64,000 bases of DNA from Acidilobaceae archaeon (GCA_027046245.1 JALTZJ010000028.1:1066-65065); one strand, 5' to 3'; positions 9,403 through 20,388 are shown, counted from the stretch's first letter. Numbers and translations are program-made. The notes: a model not told the origin generated them from the letters alone.

Positions 9403-10371
9403 TTACGGGTATAGCCTCTCAACCTCCATTACAGCTACATCCTTAGCACCGCGCCGCCTAGCCTCGGCTATGACCCTGGCAAGATCCTCCACGGGCACAG
9501 CTGTTATCACCTCCCACATGCCGGTACCGTGGAGCCTAGTGACGGCTGGCGCTGCCATGCTGGGCAGCACAGCAAGCACACTCCCCAGCCTGTCCTCAGG
9601 GACATTCATCATGACCATCCGATACCGAGCCGCATTCAAAGCGGCCTCCACGCTGGCAAGGGCGTCGCCAGCCTCCTGCCTGAGCTGGCTACACCTCCTA
9701 GCCATCATAACAGCCTCAGACTCCATAACAGTCTCGAGTTCGACTAGCCCGTGGACCCTGAGCGTGGTGCCGGTGCTGACAACGTCGACTATAGCATCGG
9801 CGGCGCCTAGCCTTGGCATAACCTCTGCAGCACCATGTATAGGCACTATCTCGACCCTTACACCGCGGGAGGCGAAGAACTCGCTGGCAATCCTAACATA
9901 CTTCGTCGCGACCCGGGCACCGTCGAGGTCCTCGACGCCCCTGTAGCCAGCCTCACCGGGGGCGGCAACGCTAAGCCTGGCCCTGCCAAAGCCCAGCCGT
10001 AAACACGGCTCCACCCCCGCACCGCTCTCAATAGCATAGTCTAAACCGGTAACCCCCAGGTCTGCGGCCCCAGTAGCGACGATCCACGGCACATCCTCAG
10101 GCCTCACGAATACCAGGTGCACCCACGGAGTGCTAGTAGGAGCCATGAGGAACCTATCACTACCCATACTAACCGAGAATCCCGCTCTAGCCAGGAGCGA
10201 GAGGGCAGGCTCCCTTAGCCTACCCTTACTAGGCACCGCGATCCTAACAGGCTCGGTGAACGCGACCAGCCACGCCAGCCACCCCACAGCCTCCAGGGAA
10301 GCTAACGCTAACCGAGACACTGCAAGGCGATAAACCCTACTTAAATACACCCTCCATACCGCTACTTGCAT
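9403..10371 (-). CDS. hisG: ATP phosphoribosyltransferase (long form)
   Basis: IAVPSKGRL, VATKY, GAAE..P, DAIVDVVSTGTTL and C-terminal regulatory domain; true start probably near 10290. Confidence 0.92.
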   Translation of the reverse strand: MQVAVWRVYLSRVYRLAVSRLALASLEAVGWLAWLVAFTEPVRIAVPSKGRLREPALSLLARAGFSVSMGSDRFLMAPTSTPWVHLVFVRPEDVPWIVATGAADLGVTGLDYAIESGAGVEPCLRLGFGRARLSVAAPGEAGYRGVEDLDGARVATKYVRIASEFFASRGVRVEIVPIHGAAEVMPRLGAADAIVDVVSTGTTLRVHGLVELETVMESEAVMMARRCSQLRQEAGDALASVEAALNAARYRMVMMNVPEDRLGSVLAVLPSMAAPAVTRLHGTGMWEVITAVPVEDLARVIAEARRRGAKDVAVMEVERLYP

Positions 10372-10391
10372 TAACGGTTAGGAACCCAGAC

Positions 10392-11777
10392 GTGAAGGGA
10401 GGGGCCCGGAGCTTGCAGGGCCAGAATAAGACGCTCCTCATAGCAGGCGCCGCAATCGTCGTCTTGATCATACTAGCGGCTGGCTACTTCCTCTTCGCCG
10501 GGGGCGGCGAGCAGCCTGCTACTGGCCAGCAACAGGAGGAGCAGCCCGCTGCCGGCCAGCAGCAGGAGCAGCAGCAACAGGAGCAGGCTCCACCGGCAGA
10601 GGAGAAGATAGTAGTAGGTGCCACCTTGAGCCTCACCGGCAAGTACGCTAAGGAGGGCGAGATGAGCCTGCTAGGAGCCCTAGCAGCCATCCGCTGGATA
10701 AACGATAACGGCGGCATCAAGATCGGCGACAAGACCTACATGCTAGAGCTAAAGTATTATGACGACGAGAGCAACAAGGACAGGGTGAAGAGCCTAGTAG
10801 AGAGGCTCATCAAGGAGGACCAGGTCCAGTTCCTACTCGCCCCGTACAGCAGCGGCCTCACAGCGGCAGCAGCGCCCATAGCAGAGAAGTACGGTGCAAT
10901 CATGATAAGTCACGGCGGAGCCAGCGACAAGATATTCCAGCAGGGCTACAAGTACGTAGTTCAGGTTCTGACCCCCGCCAGCCGCTACTTCGTCAGCGTA
11001 ATAGACCTGGTGAAGGCCATAGACCCCGAGGCCAAGACTATAGCGATAGTCTACAAGGAGAACCCGTTCAGCAGCGTAGTAGCCGAGGGAGCCAAGAAGT
11101 ACGCCGAGCAGCAGGGCTTCCAGGTAGTCTACTACCAGAGCTACCCTGCTGACGCCCAGGACCTGACCCCCGTACTGCAGCCCCTCAAGGAGATGAAGCC
11201 CGACATAATAATTGGTGGAGGCCACTTCGCCGACGGCCAGCTCCTGGCAAGGCAGCTCTACGAGCTAGGCATCAAGCCCAAGCTAGTAGCCATCCTGGTA
11301 GCCCCTGCGCTGCCAGAGTTCTACGAGACGCTGGGCGACGCTGCAGAGGGCATAGCCTACCCGAGCCAGTGGGAGCCCGGAGTAAAGTTCTCACCCGACA
11401 ACGTGCCGCCGGGCTACGAGTGGTACGGCCCCACAGTGGACGAGTTCCTACAGTACTTCAAGATGGTGGCCGAGGAGAGGGGCAAGGGCGACCTAGTTCC
11501 TAGCTACCACGCGGCCGACGCCGCTGCAGCCATACTCTTCCTAGCCAAGGCCATCGAAATGGCTCAGAGCCTCGACCCCGACGACGTGAGGCAGGCAATG
11601 AACGACGTAGCGATATTCACGTTCTACGGCAAGATAAAGATAGACCCGGAGACGGGCCTGCAGATCGGCCACGAGATGATCGTAGGCCAGTGGCAGAACG
11701 GCAGGAAAGTCATAATATGGCCGCCCGAAGCCGCAGAGGCCGAGCCACTGTACCCGATGCCAGGCTACACAGGCTAA
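10392..11777 (+). CDS. branched-chain amino acid ABC transporter substrate-binding protein
   Basis: N-terminal TM anchor, Q/E linker, GATLSLTG, INDNGGI, YYDDES; heads a liv-type operon. Confidence 0.9.
   Translation: MKGGARSLQGQNKTLLIAGAAIVVLIILAAGYFLFAGGGEQPATGQQQEEQPAAGQQQEQQQQEQAPPAEEKIVVGATLSLTGKYAKEGEMSLLGALAAIRWINDNGGIKIGDKTYMLELKYYDDESNKDRVKSLVERLIKEDQVQFLLAPYSSGLTAAAAPIAEKYGAIMISHGGASDKIFQQGYKYVVQVLTPASRYFVSVIDLVKAIDPEAKTIAIVYKENPFSSVVAEGAKKYAEQQGFQVVYYQSYPADAQDLTPVLQPLKEMKPDIIIGGGHFADGQLLARQLYELGIKPKLVAILVAPALPEFYETLGDAAEGIAYPSQWEPGVKFSPDNVPPGYEWYGPTVDEFLQYFKMVAEERGKGDLVPSYHAADAAAAILFLAKAIEMAQSLDPDDVRQAMNDVAIFTFYGKIKIDPETGLQIGHEMIVGQWQNGRKVIIWPPEAAEAEPLYPMPGYTG
10509..10568 (+). repeat. 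two imperfect 30-nt tandem repeats encoding a Q/E-rich linker
   Basis: gagcagcctgctactggccagcaacaggag / gagcagcccgctgccggccagcagcaggag, followed by CAG-rich codons. Confidence 0.8.
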
Positions 11778-11902
11778 AGAGGGGTTCCTCCAGGCTTCCC
11801 CAGCCGGGGACCCATGTACGTGCCCACGTCTCTCCCCCCTTTTTAAGGATCCCACTCCTCGTAGGCGGGCTGTGGATTTGACGGGCGGGGTGCCCTAGGG
11901 CT

Positions 11903-12799
11903 TTGCCCGATCTCAACCTGCTAGTAGCCAGTATAATATCGGGCCTCCTAATAGGCGCAGTCTACGGCATCGCCACCGTGGGGTTAAACCTCATATTCGG
12001 CGTGTTGAGGATAGTCAACGTGGGCCACGGAGCATTCATAATGCTTGGGGCCTACCTAGCATTCATAGTGTATACCTCGCTAGGCTTGCCGCCGCTGCTA
12101 GGAGTAGTAGCGGGCCTCGCCGTGGGAGCAGTCCTCGGCCTCATAATATACTATCTTGTAATCCGCTACCTCCACGACGCCCCCGAGCTAGCAACCCTCC
12201 TCGCAACATTCGCCATCGGCATACTAATACAGGAGCTCGTTAAGGCCGTGATGGGACCTGACAGCAGGGGCTTCGTCTGGAACCCTTTGGCAGCGTATGA
12301 ATTCGAGATCTTCGGGTACAAGCCGTCAAGCTTCCAGATACTGGCAGCGCTATCCAGTCTAGCGCTACTGGCATTCCTCTATGTAGTGATCTATAGGACT
12401 AGGCTGGGCCTCGCAATAAGAGCAGTAGTACAGGACCGCGAAGGCGCCATGGTAGTAGGCATAGATGTCGAGAGGATCTACGCCGCCAGCTTCGCCCTGG
12501 GCATAATGGTTACCGTGGCGAGCGGCGCTATACTAGCAGCGTACCTGCAGACTGGCATCCACCCGTACATGGGCGAGATATACACTCTGAAGGGCTTCGT
12601 GATAGCTGTGATGGGCGGCTTGGGAAGCATACCGGGAGCCTTCATAGCAGGCGTCTTGTTCGGCCTCTTCGAGAACGTTAGCTACCTCCTCCTGGCGGGG
12701 ATCGAGGGCGTGCAGCCACTGGTACTAACTAGGAGCATAGCATTCCTGCTACTCCTACTCATCCTGCTAGTGAAGCCCACGGGCCTAATGGGGAGGTGA
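11903..12799 (+). CDS. livH: BCAA ABC transporter permease
   Basis: GLNLIFGVLRIVNVGHG, TRLGLAIRAV, GGLGS motifs. Confidence 0.9.
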   Translation: MPDLNLLVASIISGLLIGAVYGIATVGLNLIFGVLRIVNVGHGAFIMLGAYLAFIVYTSLGLPPLLGVVAGLAVGAVLGLIIYYLVIRYLHDAPELATLLATFAIGILIQELVKAVMGPDSRGFVWNPLAAYEFEIFGYKPSSFQILAALSSLALLAFLYVVIYRTRLGLAIRAVVQDREGAMVVGIDVERIYAASFALGIMVTVASGAILAAYLQTGIHPYMGEIYTLKGFVIAVMGGLGSIPGAFIAGVLFGLFENVSYLLLAGIEGVQPLVLTRSIAFLLLLLILLVKPTGLMGR

Positions 12800-12806
12800 C
12801 CAGGGT

Positions 12807-13856
12807 ATGGCGCTGGTAGATCCCTGGACTGTAAGGGAGGCCGTAAGGAAGAGCCTCCCAGCCCTAGCAATCTACGCGGTCCTGCTAGCCGCGTACTTCC
12901 TAATACCAGGAAAGAGCCAGCTCTTCGCTACCATACTATTCTACGCCCTTCTAGGCCAGGCATTCAACATATTCATGGGTATGACAGGCTACGTGGACTT
13001 CGGCTACGTAGCTTTCCTAGCAGTAGGAGCCTACGCCTTCGGAGTCACAGCAATGGCACTCGCCAGCCTGGGCAGCCCAGGCTGGACACTCATACCCCTA
13101 GGCCTCCTGGCGGCGGCGGGCGCTGCTATGATACTCGCCAGTATGGTTGGAGCCATAGCGCTGAGGCTAAGGGGGGCCTACTTCGCTATAGCCACGATAG
13201 GCGTCAACGAGGGCCTCAGGTACTTCTTCGAGGGAGCTAACATACTCGGGGGCAGCATAGGCCTATACATAGTAAAAGACCTGAAGACCCTCTTCGGCGA
13301 CGAGGGCTACCAGTTCATGGCCACTATAGCGGCAGACCTCCTAATGTTCGGCCTGGCAGGCTTCACCGTGCTAGTCACGGCATGGATACTCAGCAGTAGG
13401 ATGGGTTTCGCTCTCCAGGCGATCAGGGAGGACGAGGACGCTGCTAGAGCCCTGGGAGTTAATGTGACCAAGTATAAGGTGCTCGCCTTCATGACCAGCG
13501 GGGCTCTAGGTGGAATGTTAGGAGCACTTAACTGGGCGTTGAAGGAGGGAGTACTGGAGCCCGAGACAGTGTTCTTCATAGTCTACACTGTGGAGGCGAT
13601 AATAATAGTGGTGCTGGGCGGTGCCGGCACGCTGCTAGGTCCCATAGTGGGAGCGTTAATCTACATAGGGCTAAACTACGTCAGCAACGTCTACGCAGCC
13701 CCCCTACTGGAGGGGATAGGCATAAAGGCTAGCGGGCTCCACCTCATACTCCTAGCACCTATACTAATCGCCTTCATAATAGCGGCTCCCAACGGTATCA
13801 TAGGCCTCCTGAGGGAGAGGATCAGGAACCCCACGATAAGGAGGTTCCTAGTGTAG
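12807..13856 (+). CDS. livM: BCAA ABC transporter permease
   Basis: LRLRGAYFAIAT, AIREDEDAARALGVN, GGAGTLLGP motifs. Confidence 0.9.
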   Translation: MALVDPWTVREAVRKSLPALAIYAVLLAAYFLIPGKSQLFATILFYALLGQAFNIFMGMTGYVDFGYVAFLAVGAYAFGVTAMALASLGSPGWTLIPLGLLAAAGAAMILASMVGAIALRLRGAYFAIATIGVNEGLRYFFEGANILGGSIGLYIVKDLKTLFGDEGYQFMATIAADLLMFGLAGFTVLVTAWILSSRMGFALQAIREDEDAARALGVNVTKYKVLAFMTSGALGGMLGALNWALKEGVLEPETVFFIVYTVEAIIIVVLGGAGTLLGPIVGALIYIGLNYVSNVYAAPLLEGIGIKASGLHLILLAPILIAFIIAAPNGIIGLLRERIRNPTIRRFLV

Positions 13857-13871
13857 CTGGCTCGGGGGTGG

Positions 13872-14627
13872 GTGGGAGTGAGTAGCGGTAGGGAGGTCCT
13901 CAGGGTCGAGAACGTTACTAAGAGGTTCGGCGGCATAGTAGCCCTCGACAAGGTAAACCTGAGTATTAGGGAGGGCGAGATGATGAGCATAATAGGGCCC
14001 AACGGCTCAGGCAAAACCACGCTCTTCAACGTCATAAACGGCGTGCTCAAGCCAGACGAGGGCAGAGTAGTATTCGAGGGGAGAGACGTAACAGAGCTGC
14101 CACCCTACAAGAGGGCCGCGATGGGAATAGCCAGGACATTCCAGATACCGAAGCCCTGGCCGAACCTCAGCGTTAGGGAGAACGTCGCGATAGGCGCCCT
14201 CTTCGGCAGGCTACAGGGCAAGATAACCGTGAAGGAGGCCATCGCAATGGCAGACGAGATAATAGAGATGGTGGGGCTATCCGAGAAGGCTGAAGCCGAA
14301 GCCGGGAAGCTCACGGTACCGGAGAAGAAACTCCTGGAGCTGGCCAGGGCTATAGCGATGAAGCCCAAGGTGCTACTGCTAGACGAGGTCGTAGCCGGTA
14401 TGAGCCCTAGAGACGCTGATAAGGTCATGGAGACGGTTGTCAGGGTTAAGAGGGAGTATGGGATAGCGGTGGTGAGCCTAGTAGAGCACGTGATGAGAGT
14501 AGTAGCCAGGTATGCTGAGAGAGTAGTGGTGATGCACCAGGGAAGAGTGCTGGTAGAAGGACCGCCGGGAGAGGTGCTGAGGCACCCCAAAGTCGTAGAA
14601 GTCTATCTGGGAGGTGAGGCCATATGA
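13872..14627 (+). CDS. livG: BCAA ABC transporter ATPase
   Basis: GPNGSGKTT, GIARTFQ, LLLDE, VEH. Confidence 0.92.
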   Translation: MGVSSGREVLRVENVTKRFGGIVALDKVNLSIREGEMMSIIGPNGSGKTTLFNVINGVLKPDEGRVVFEGRDVTELPPYKRAAMGIARTFQIPKPWPNLSVRENVAIGALFGRLQGKITVKEAIAMADEIIEMVGLSEKAEAEAGKLTVPEKKLLELARAIAMKPKVLLLDEVVAGMSPRDADKVMETVVRVKREYGIAVVSLVEHVMRVVARYAERVVVMHQGRVLVEGPPGEVLRHPKVVEVYLGGEAI

Positions 14628-15346
14628 CGGCGCCCGAAGTGCTGAGAGTAGAAGACCTAGAAAGCGGATACGGCGAAATGCAGGTGCTCTGGGGGGTAAA
14701 CCTGAGGGTGCCGGAGAGAAGCATAGTAGTAGTCCTAGGGCCCAATGGTGCAGGCAAAACAACGACGCTCAGAAGCATAATGGGGATAGTAAGGCCCTGG
14801 AAAGGGAAGATAGTATTCAAGGGCCAAGACGTCACTATGCTGAAGCCCCACGAGAAAGTAGCCAGAGGCCTGAGCCTCGTGCCGGAAGGACGACACCTCT
14901 TCCCCGAGCTAACAGTCGAGGAGAACCTACTACTAGGAGCATACACCAGGCTAGGCAAGGAGAACCCCAGCGACACACTAGAACTAGTCTACAACCTCTT
15001 CCCCAGGCTAAAGGAGAGGAGGCAGCAGAAGGCAGGCACCATGAGCGGCGGCGAACAACAAATGCTAGCAATAGGGAGAGCGTTAATGAGCAAACCAAGC
15101 CTACTAATGCTCGACGAGCCAAGCCAGGGCCTAGCACCAAAGATAGTAAGGGACATCATGGAGACTCTCGAGCGATTAAGAGACGAGTGGCGCCTCACAA
15201 TACTCCTAGTAGAGCAGAACATAGCGCAGAGCCTCAAGATAGCAGACTACGCATACATACTAGAGCAGGGAAGAATAGTCCTAGAAGGGCCCGCAGAGGA
15301 GGTAGCCAAGAGAGAAGACCTAGTTAGAGCCTACCTAGGAATATAA
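14624..15346 (+). CDS. livF: BCAA ABC transporter ATPase
   Basis: GPNGAGKTT, MSGGEQQMLAIGRALM, LDEPS, LVEQN. Confidence 0.92.
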   Translation: MTAPEVLRVEDLESGYGEMQVLWGVNLRVPERSIVVVLGPNGAGKTTTLRSIMGIVRPWKGKIVFKGQDVTMLKPHEKVARGLSLVPEGRHLFPELTVEENLLLGAYTRLGKENPSDTLELVYNLFPRLKERRQQKAGTMSGGEQQMLAIGRALMSKPSLLMLDEPSQGLAPKIVRDIMETLERLRDEWRLTILLVEQNIAQSLKIADYAYILEQGRIVLEGPAEEVAKREDLVRAYLGI

Positions 15347-15440
15347 AAACACTGTTTTAAGAGGGGGCCATTGCTCCCAAGACTGGTTAGCCCCCCATAA
15401 TAGTTAAGGTCTTATCTCCCTTGAAAGAGGGCTTCTACGC

Positions 15441-16319
15441 CTATTGCATCATTCTCAACGCGGTGTCTAGACTACTATCTATTAATGGGGAGGGGCAGTC
15501 GCTGTCGCAGCTGCACTTGTAGCTACTCGGCTTTACGCTGCAGAGGGCTGTAGCGAAGTCACTGCACGGCCCAGGGCCGCAGTTGAGCCTCTTGTTCGTG
15601 ACGCATTTCAGCACGTGAGCCGCGGTGCTTCCAGGGGTTAGGGGTATGATCACAGTGTCTCTGAACTCTTCATGCCTGTAGTATGCTATGTAAATGTTGG
15701 GGAGCATGTAGCCTATTATCGAGGCAGCGGCGCCCTCGGGCTTGAAGCCGCCTGTCAAGTTAAGGGCTATCGGGCCTTTGAACTCTTTGGATGCGTTCCC
15801 AATTATGCTCTTTAGGCTCTCCAGGCCTAGGGCGAAGTTGCTGCCGAGGTACTGTGCTACCTGGGTCCTAACCTTTGCGGGGCACCGCTGCGATAGGTAG
15901 TCTCTTAGTATTTGGGCAGCGGCTCTCCCTAGATGAGTGTCGCTGTGTATCAATAGTATCTCGCCTATACAGGGGCATCCAGCGTTTAGTGCTTCCTGCA
16001 GGGCGTTTAGCTCGGCGGAGGCCAGGTAGGGGTGGTTATTTATGAAGTTGTCTGCGGCCTTTCTAGCTATCTTGTTGCTCTCGAGGATTCCTCCGCACTT
16101 TTCGTCTTCAGGGGAGTTGGGGGGCGGCTGCCTGCAGCCGTCCCTGCTAGCGGTGTATAGCTCCTTGAGGGCGTCTTGGGCTTGGAGCATGTCTATGCCT
16201 AGCATAGCGCAGCTATGTGTGTCACCGGCGGCGCATTTCTCCAGGAGGTTTATCGTGTTACGTATAACGCTTGTACCGACTAGGATTATGTGGAGTGCGT
16301 TGTTAGGACTCGCCGCCAT
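15441..16319 (-). CDS. CARF-domain protein, APE2256/Crn1 ring-nuclease-like, Cys-rich
   Basis: IILVGTS, SAELNAL, LIHSDT..G..AA, LNLTGGFKPE and YRHE motifs; ATG at 16319 (ORF extends to 16331). Confidence 0.8.
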   Translation of the reverse strand: MAASPNNALHIILVGTSVIRNTINLLEKCAAGDTHSCAMLGIDMLQAQDALKELYTASRDGCRQPPPNSPEDEKCGGILESNKIARKAADNFINNHPYLASAELNALQEALNAGCPCIGEILLIHSDTHLGRAAAQILRDYLSQRCPAKVRTQVAQYLGSNFALGLESLKSIIGNASKEFKGPIALNLTGGFKPEGAAASIIGYMLPNIYIAYYRHEEFRDTVIIPLTPGSTAAHVLKCVTNKRLNCGPGPCSDFATALCSVKPSSYKCSCDSDCPSPLIDSSLDTALRMMQ

Positions 16320-16481
16320 CGGGCACCCCACCCTCTCCTCCTTGTCACGGTATAGTACGTGTGTTATAATCCACTATAGTGAGCATATAAAATATGGATA
16401 TACTGTGTGGATCTTTGATTAATGCCTTTCTTAAAATGAAACCTGGAGAGTGCCTCTCTACGGGTATTGTGTTTTGCTTTA

Positions 16482-17093
16482 TTATCTTTTGATGTTCTGT
16501 AGCCAGAGCTTGTGTATTCTCGTGTCTCCCGTTAGTTCTGGGTGGAAGCTCGTTGCTAGGTGGGGCCCTTGTATGGCTGCGACGCCTACCAGGCTGTCGC
16601 CTGATTTGAGCCAGCTTATGATTTTTGCGTCGCCCTCAGCCTTTACTATGGCCGGGCTTCTTATGAAGACTCCGCGGAACCGGCCTTCCACCCCCTCAAC
16701 CTCCAGGTCTACCTCGAAGCTCTCCCTCTGCCTGCCAAAGTAGTTCCTGATCACCTCTATGCTCATCGCTCCTATGAGGGGCTGACTCTTCTCCCCTACT
16801 ACCCTGTCTCGGGCCTTAGCCGCTAGCATAACGGCCCCAGCGCAGGTGCCGAAGGCTGGCAGCCCCTCTTTGACGGCGTCCCTTAATGGTTCTAGTAGGC
16901 CTATCCGGCGGGCTACTATGCCTATAGTGGTGCTCTCGCCGCCAGGCACTATTATGCCGTCGAGGCCGTGGAGGTGCTGGGGCTTCTTCACAACAACTGC
17001 TTCTCCCTGCCAGCCGAGCTCCTGGAATGCTCTGCGCAGCATGTAGACGTGCTCGTATACTCCTCCTTGGAGGCCTAGGACTCCTATCTTCAA
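16482..17093 (-). CDS. pdxT: PLP synthase glutaminase subunit
   Basis: GVLGLQG, PGGESTT, GTCAG, FIRSP, SFHPELT. Confidence 0.96.
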   Translation of the reverse strand: MKIGVLGLQGGVYEHVYMLRRAFQELGWQGEAVVVKKPQHLHGLDGIIVPGGESTTIGIVARRIGLLEPLRDAVKEGLPAFGTCAGAVMLAAKARDRVVGEKSQPLIGAMSIEVIRNYFGRQRESFEVDLEVEGVEGRFRGVFIRSPAIVKAEGDAKIISWLKSGDSLVGVAAIQGPHLATSFHPELTGDTRIHKLWLQNIKR

Positions 17094-18163
17094 GCCTCCG
17101 CACCCCTAACCTGGAGCAGCTCCTCGGGCTTGAGCTTCCTAATGTCTATGCCCATCATGCTCTTCTGCTCGCTTATCATCCTCTGCGCTTCAGCCACACT
17201 CTCAGGGTCATCCCATAGGCTGGCGGCGAGCACTATAGCGGCGGCCCTCTCAGGCGGGTCGCGGCTCTTGAATATGCCGCTGCCGACGAAGATGCCATCG
17301 GCGCCCAGCCACATCATGAGGGCGGCGTCCGCAGGCGTGGCTATGCCGCCTGCAGCGAAGTTCACTACGGGGAGCCTGCCAAGCCTCGCCGTAAGGTCTA
17401 CCAGCTCCACTGGCACGCCCATCTCCCTAGCCTTCCTAAGCCTCTCCTCCCCTGGCAGGCCTCGCAGGCTCCATAGTTCACCCATTATTATCTTCATGTG
17501 TCTAACCGCCTCGGCGACGTTGCCGGTGCCTGCCTCGCCCTTAGTCCTTATCATGGCAGCGCCCTCCGCTATCCTGCGGAGAGCCTCACCCAGGTTCCTC
17601 GCCCCGTTCACGAAGGGCACCTTGAAGAGCCACTTGTTTATGTGGTGCTTCTCATCAACGGGAGTGAGGACCTCGCTCTCGTCTATCATATCGACGCCTA
17701 TCTGCTCTAGTATTAGGGCCTCATAGTAGTGGCCTATCCTCACCTTAGCCATAACGGGTATAGTTATACTATTCATAACCTCCTCTATAACCTTGACGTC
17801 AGCCATCCTAGCGACGCCGCCAGCCTTCCTAACATCGTAGGGAAGCTTGTCTAGAACCATGACAGCAACCGCGCCGGCGTCCTCCGCGATCTGAGCCTGC
17901 TCAACATTAGTAACATCCATGACGACGCCGCCCTTCTGATAAACTGGGAAGCCCAGCTTCACCCTCAGAGTACCGGTCTTAGGCACCTCTATCACTTCAG
18001 GCAGCCTCTCAGGGCCATACGAGAACCAAAGACCCTCCTCCCTAAGCCTGTCAGCAGCCTCAGCCAGGCCATAGAAGAACTCGACGATCTCGTTGAATCC
18101 AACCTCGTAAAGCCTGACATTGTCACTCAGGGGAGCATACCTCGGGAGCAACGCCCAAGCCAC
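17090..18163 (-). CDS. pdxS: PLP synthase lyase subunit
   Basis: [39 protein letters not shown]. Confidence 0.97.
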   Translation of the reverse strand: MAWALLPRYAPLSDNVRLYEVGFNEIVEFFYGLAEAADRLREEGLWFSYGPERLPEVIEVPKTGTLRVKLGFPVYQKGGVVMDVTNVEQAQIAEDAGAVAVMVLDKLPYDVRKAGGVARMADVKVIEEVMNSITIPVMAKVRIGHYYEALILEQIGVDMIDESEVLTPVDEKHHINKWLFKVPFVNGARNLGEALRRIAEGAAMIRTKGEAGTGNVAEAVRHMKIIMGELWSLRGLPGEERLRKAREMGVPVELVDLTARLGRLPVVNFAAGGIATPADAALMMWLGADGIFVGSGIFKSRDPPERAAAIVLAASLWDDPESVAEAQRMISEQKSMMGIDIRKLKPEELLQVRGAEA

Positions 18164-18334
18164 CCCAGTAAAGACCCCACACTATTACACTGTCGCGCCC
18201 GCGCCACATTAATTTCCAGGCAGCAGGCGACACCCACAAATTGTAGGGGCGCGGCGCGGCCCTCCCTCCGAGGGGAGGCTCCCTGGGAGGTTGAAGGGCT
18301 AGCCGCCCCTCTTCCAAACCTTTGGAGTCACGGG

Positions 18335-20299
18335 GTGCATAGCGGGGTGAAGCCCCTTACAGTAGAGGATCTAAAGCGCATAGTCTTCGTTAGCAACCCG
18401 ATAGTTAATCCTGAGGGCGGGGTCGTGGCGTACGTCGCAACTAGGGCTGACGTCGACGCTAACGGGTACAGGAGCCAGGTATGGGTGGCTGGCGAGGAGG
18501 GCTACAGGCCTCTAACCGGCGGGCCCCGCGATCTGTGCCCGGCGTGGAGCCCCGATGGTAGGCTCCTGGCCTTTGCTAGGAGGCTCGAAGGCGGGGGAGC
18601 CGGTATCCACGTTGTATCTCTTGAGGGCGGGGAGCCTGCACTCTTAGAGAAGAGTAGGTGGGGCGCTGGCAAGCTGTCGTGGAGCCCGCGGGGAGACGCT
18701 ATAGCCTTCCTAGCTAGGGCGCCTGTGGACGGGGAAAAGTGGAAGCCCTACGGTGAAAGGGAAGCGCTAGAGATGGACAGGATCCCGGTGTGGTTCAACG
18801 GGGAGGGCTGGGTCTTCGACAGGTTCAGCGGCCTCTTCATAGCCCGCTATCCTGGTGGCGGCGTAGAGGAGGTAATCCATAGGAGAGGGGTAAACGTTGT
18901 AGACTATAGCTGGAGCCCGGACGGCGGCATGATAGCAGCGGCCATCAGCGACAACATGGTAGAGCCCTACAGGATGAAGCTCGCAGTCGTTAATCTAGAC
19001 ACCATGGAGGAGCAAGTGCTACTGGAGGGTATGAGTATAGCCGAGGTAGTATGGAGCAGTAGGGGCGACATGATAGCCGTGAAGGCCAGGCCCGTCAAGG
19101 AGAGAGGGTTCGCCGAGCACTTCAGAGTATACACTGTAGATCTGTCGGGTGAGACTGCCTGTGTGACCTGCGATCTGGACAGGAACACCATGAACCTCGT
19201 TAATAGCGACTCCCGGGGGCCGTCCTGTCTCAAGGCCCTAGCGTGGCCCGACGACGGCAGGATATACTTCCCCGTCAGCGACGCAGGCAGGGTGCACCTC
19301 TACAGGGTCGTGCCAGGCGGCGAGGCCGAGGAGGTGCTAGCCCCAGAGGCTGCAGTTGTAGACGAGTTCAGCGTCTCAAGCGACGGGAGAGAGGTGGCCT
19401 TCACCATGATGACGCCGACGAGGCCCAACGAGGTCTACCTTAAGAGGGGCGGTGAGGAGGCGAAACTGACAGGCCACAATGGCTGGATGGAAACGAGGCT
19501 CCTAAAGGAGCCAATACACTACGAGGTCGAGAGCCCCCATGGAGGCAGTATCGACGTATGGATCCTCCCCCCAGCAAGGGAGCCAGACTGCAGGGGCTGC
19601 GTGCCTTGGATCCTCTACATCCACGGCGGCCCCAAGACGAGCTACGGCTACGCGTTCCTCCACGAGTTCCACGTGCTCAGCGGCATGGGCTTCGCGGTAG
19701 TATACAGCAACCCTAGGGGCAGCGATGGTTATAGCGAGGAGTTCGCCGATATAAGGGGCCGCTACGGCGACCTGGACTACGACGAGCTAATGAAGATCGC
19801 TGACGAGGCGCCAAGCCTCTACCCCAAACTAGACCCCTACAGGGCAGGCGTCACCGGGGGCAGCTACGGAGGCTACATGACCAACACGATAGTATCAAGG
19901 ACAAGCAGGTTCAAGGCAGCTGTGACACAGAGGAGCTGCAGCAACTGGATAAGCTTCTACGGTGAAAGCGACATAGGCTGGTACTTCGCCCGCGACATAC
20001 TCCAAGCACCACACCCATGGGAAAGCCTAGAAGCATACGAGAGATACAGCCCCCTATTCAAAGCAAGCGACATCGAAACACCACTACTAATAATACACGC
20101 CCTCGAAGACTACAGATGCCCCCCAGGAGAGGCCATACAACTGTTCACAGCCCTTAAAGTGCAAGGGAAAGACGCAAAACTAGTCCTCTTCCCAGGGGAG
20201 AACCACGACCTAAGCAGGAGCGGGAGGCCTAGGCAGAGAATGAAGAGGCTGAAGGAGATAACAGGCTGGTTCAAGGAGAAGCTAGGCCTAGAAGGATAA
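18335..20299 (+). CDS. S9 family peptidase (acylaminoacyl-peptidase-like)
   Basis: WSPDG beta-propeller repeats, IHGGP, GGSYGG, D and H of the catalytic triad (EDYRC, GENH). Confidence 0.93.
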   Translation: MHSGVKPLTVEDLKRIVFVSNPIVNPEGGVVAYVATRADVDANGYRSQVWVAGEEGYRPLTGGPRDLCPAWSPDGRLLAFARRLEGGGAGIHVVSLEGGEPALLEKSRWGAGKLSWSPRGDAIAFLARAPVDGEKWKPYGEREALEMDRIPVWFNGEGWVFDRFSGLFIARYPGGGVEEVIHRRGVNVVDYSWSPDGGMIAAAISDNMVEPYRMKLAVVNLDTMEEQVLLEGMSIAEVVWSSRGDMIAVKARPVKERGFAEHFRVYTVDLSGETACVTCDLDRNTMNLVNSDSRGPSCLKALAWPDDGRIYFPVSDAGRVHLYRVVPGGEAEEVLAPEAAVVDEFSVSSDGREVAFTMMTPTRPNEVYLKRGGEEAKLTGHNGWMETRLLKEPIHYEVESPHGGSIDVWILPPAREPDCRGCVPWILYIHGGPKTSYGYAFLHEFHVLSGMGFAVVYSNPRGSDGYSEEFADIRGRYGDLDYDELMKIADEAPSLYPKLDPYRAGVTGGSYGGYMTNTIVSRTSRFKAAVTQRSCSNWISFYGESDIGWYFARDILQAPHPWESLEAYERYSPLFKASDIETPLLIIHALEDYRCPPGEAIQLFTALKVQGKDAKLVLFPGENHDLSRSGRPRQRMKRLKEITGWFKEKLGLEG

Positions 20300-20388
20300 T
20301 AGGTAAGGAGGAGAGCAACCCGGGCTCGCGAGCCCCTCCCGCTCGGGGCCTCTAAACACGTTTTTGTCTTGCAGGCGCTTAACGCCTC

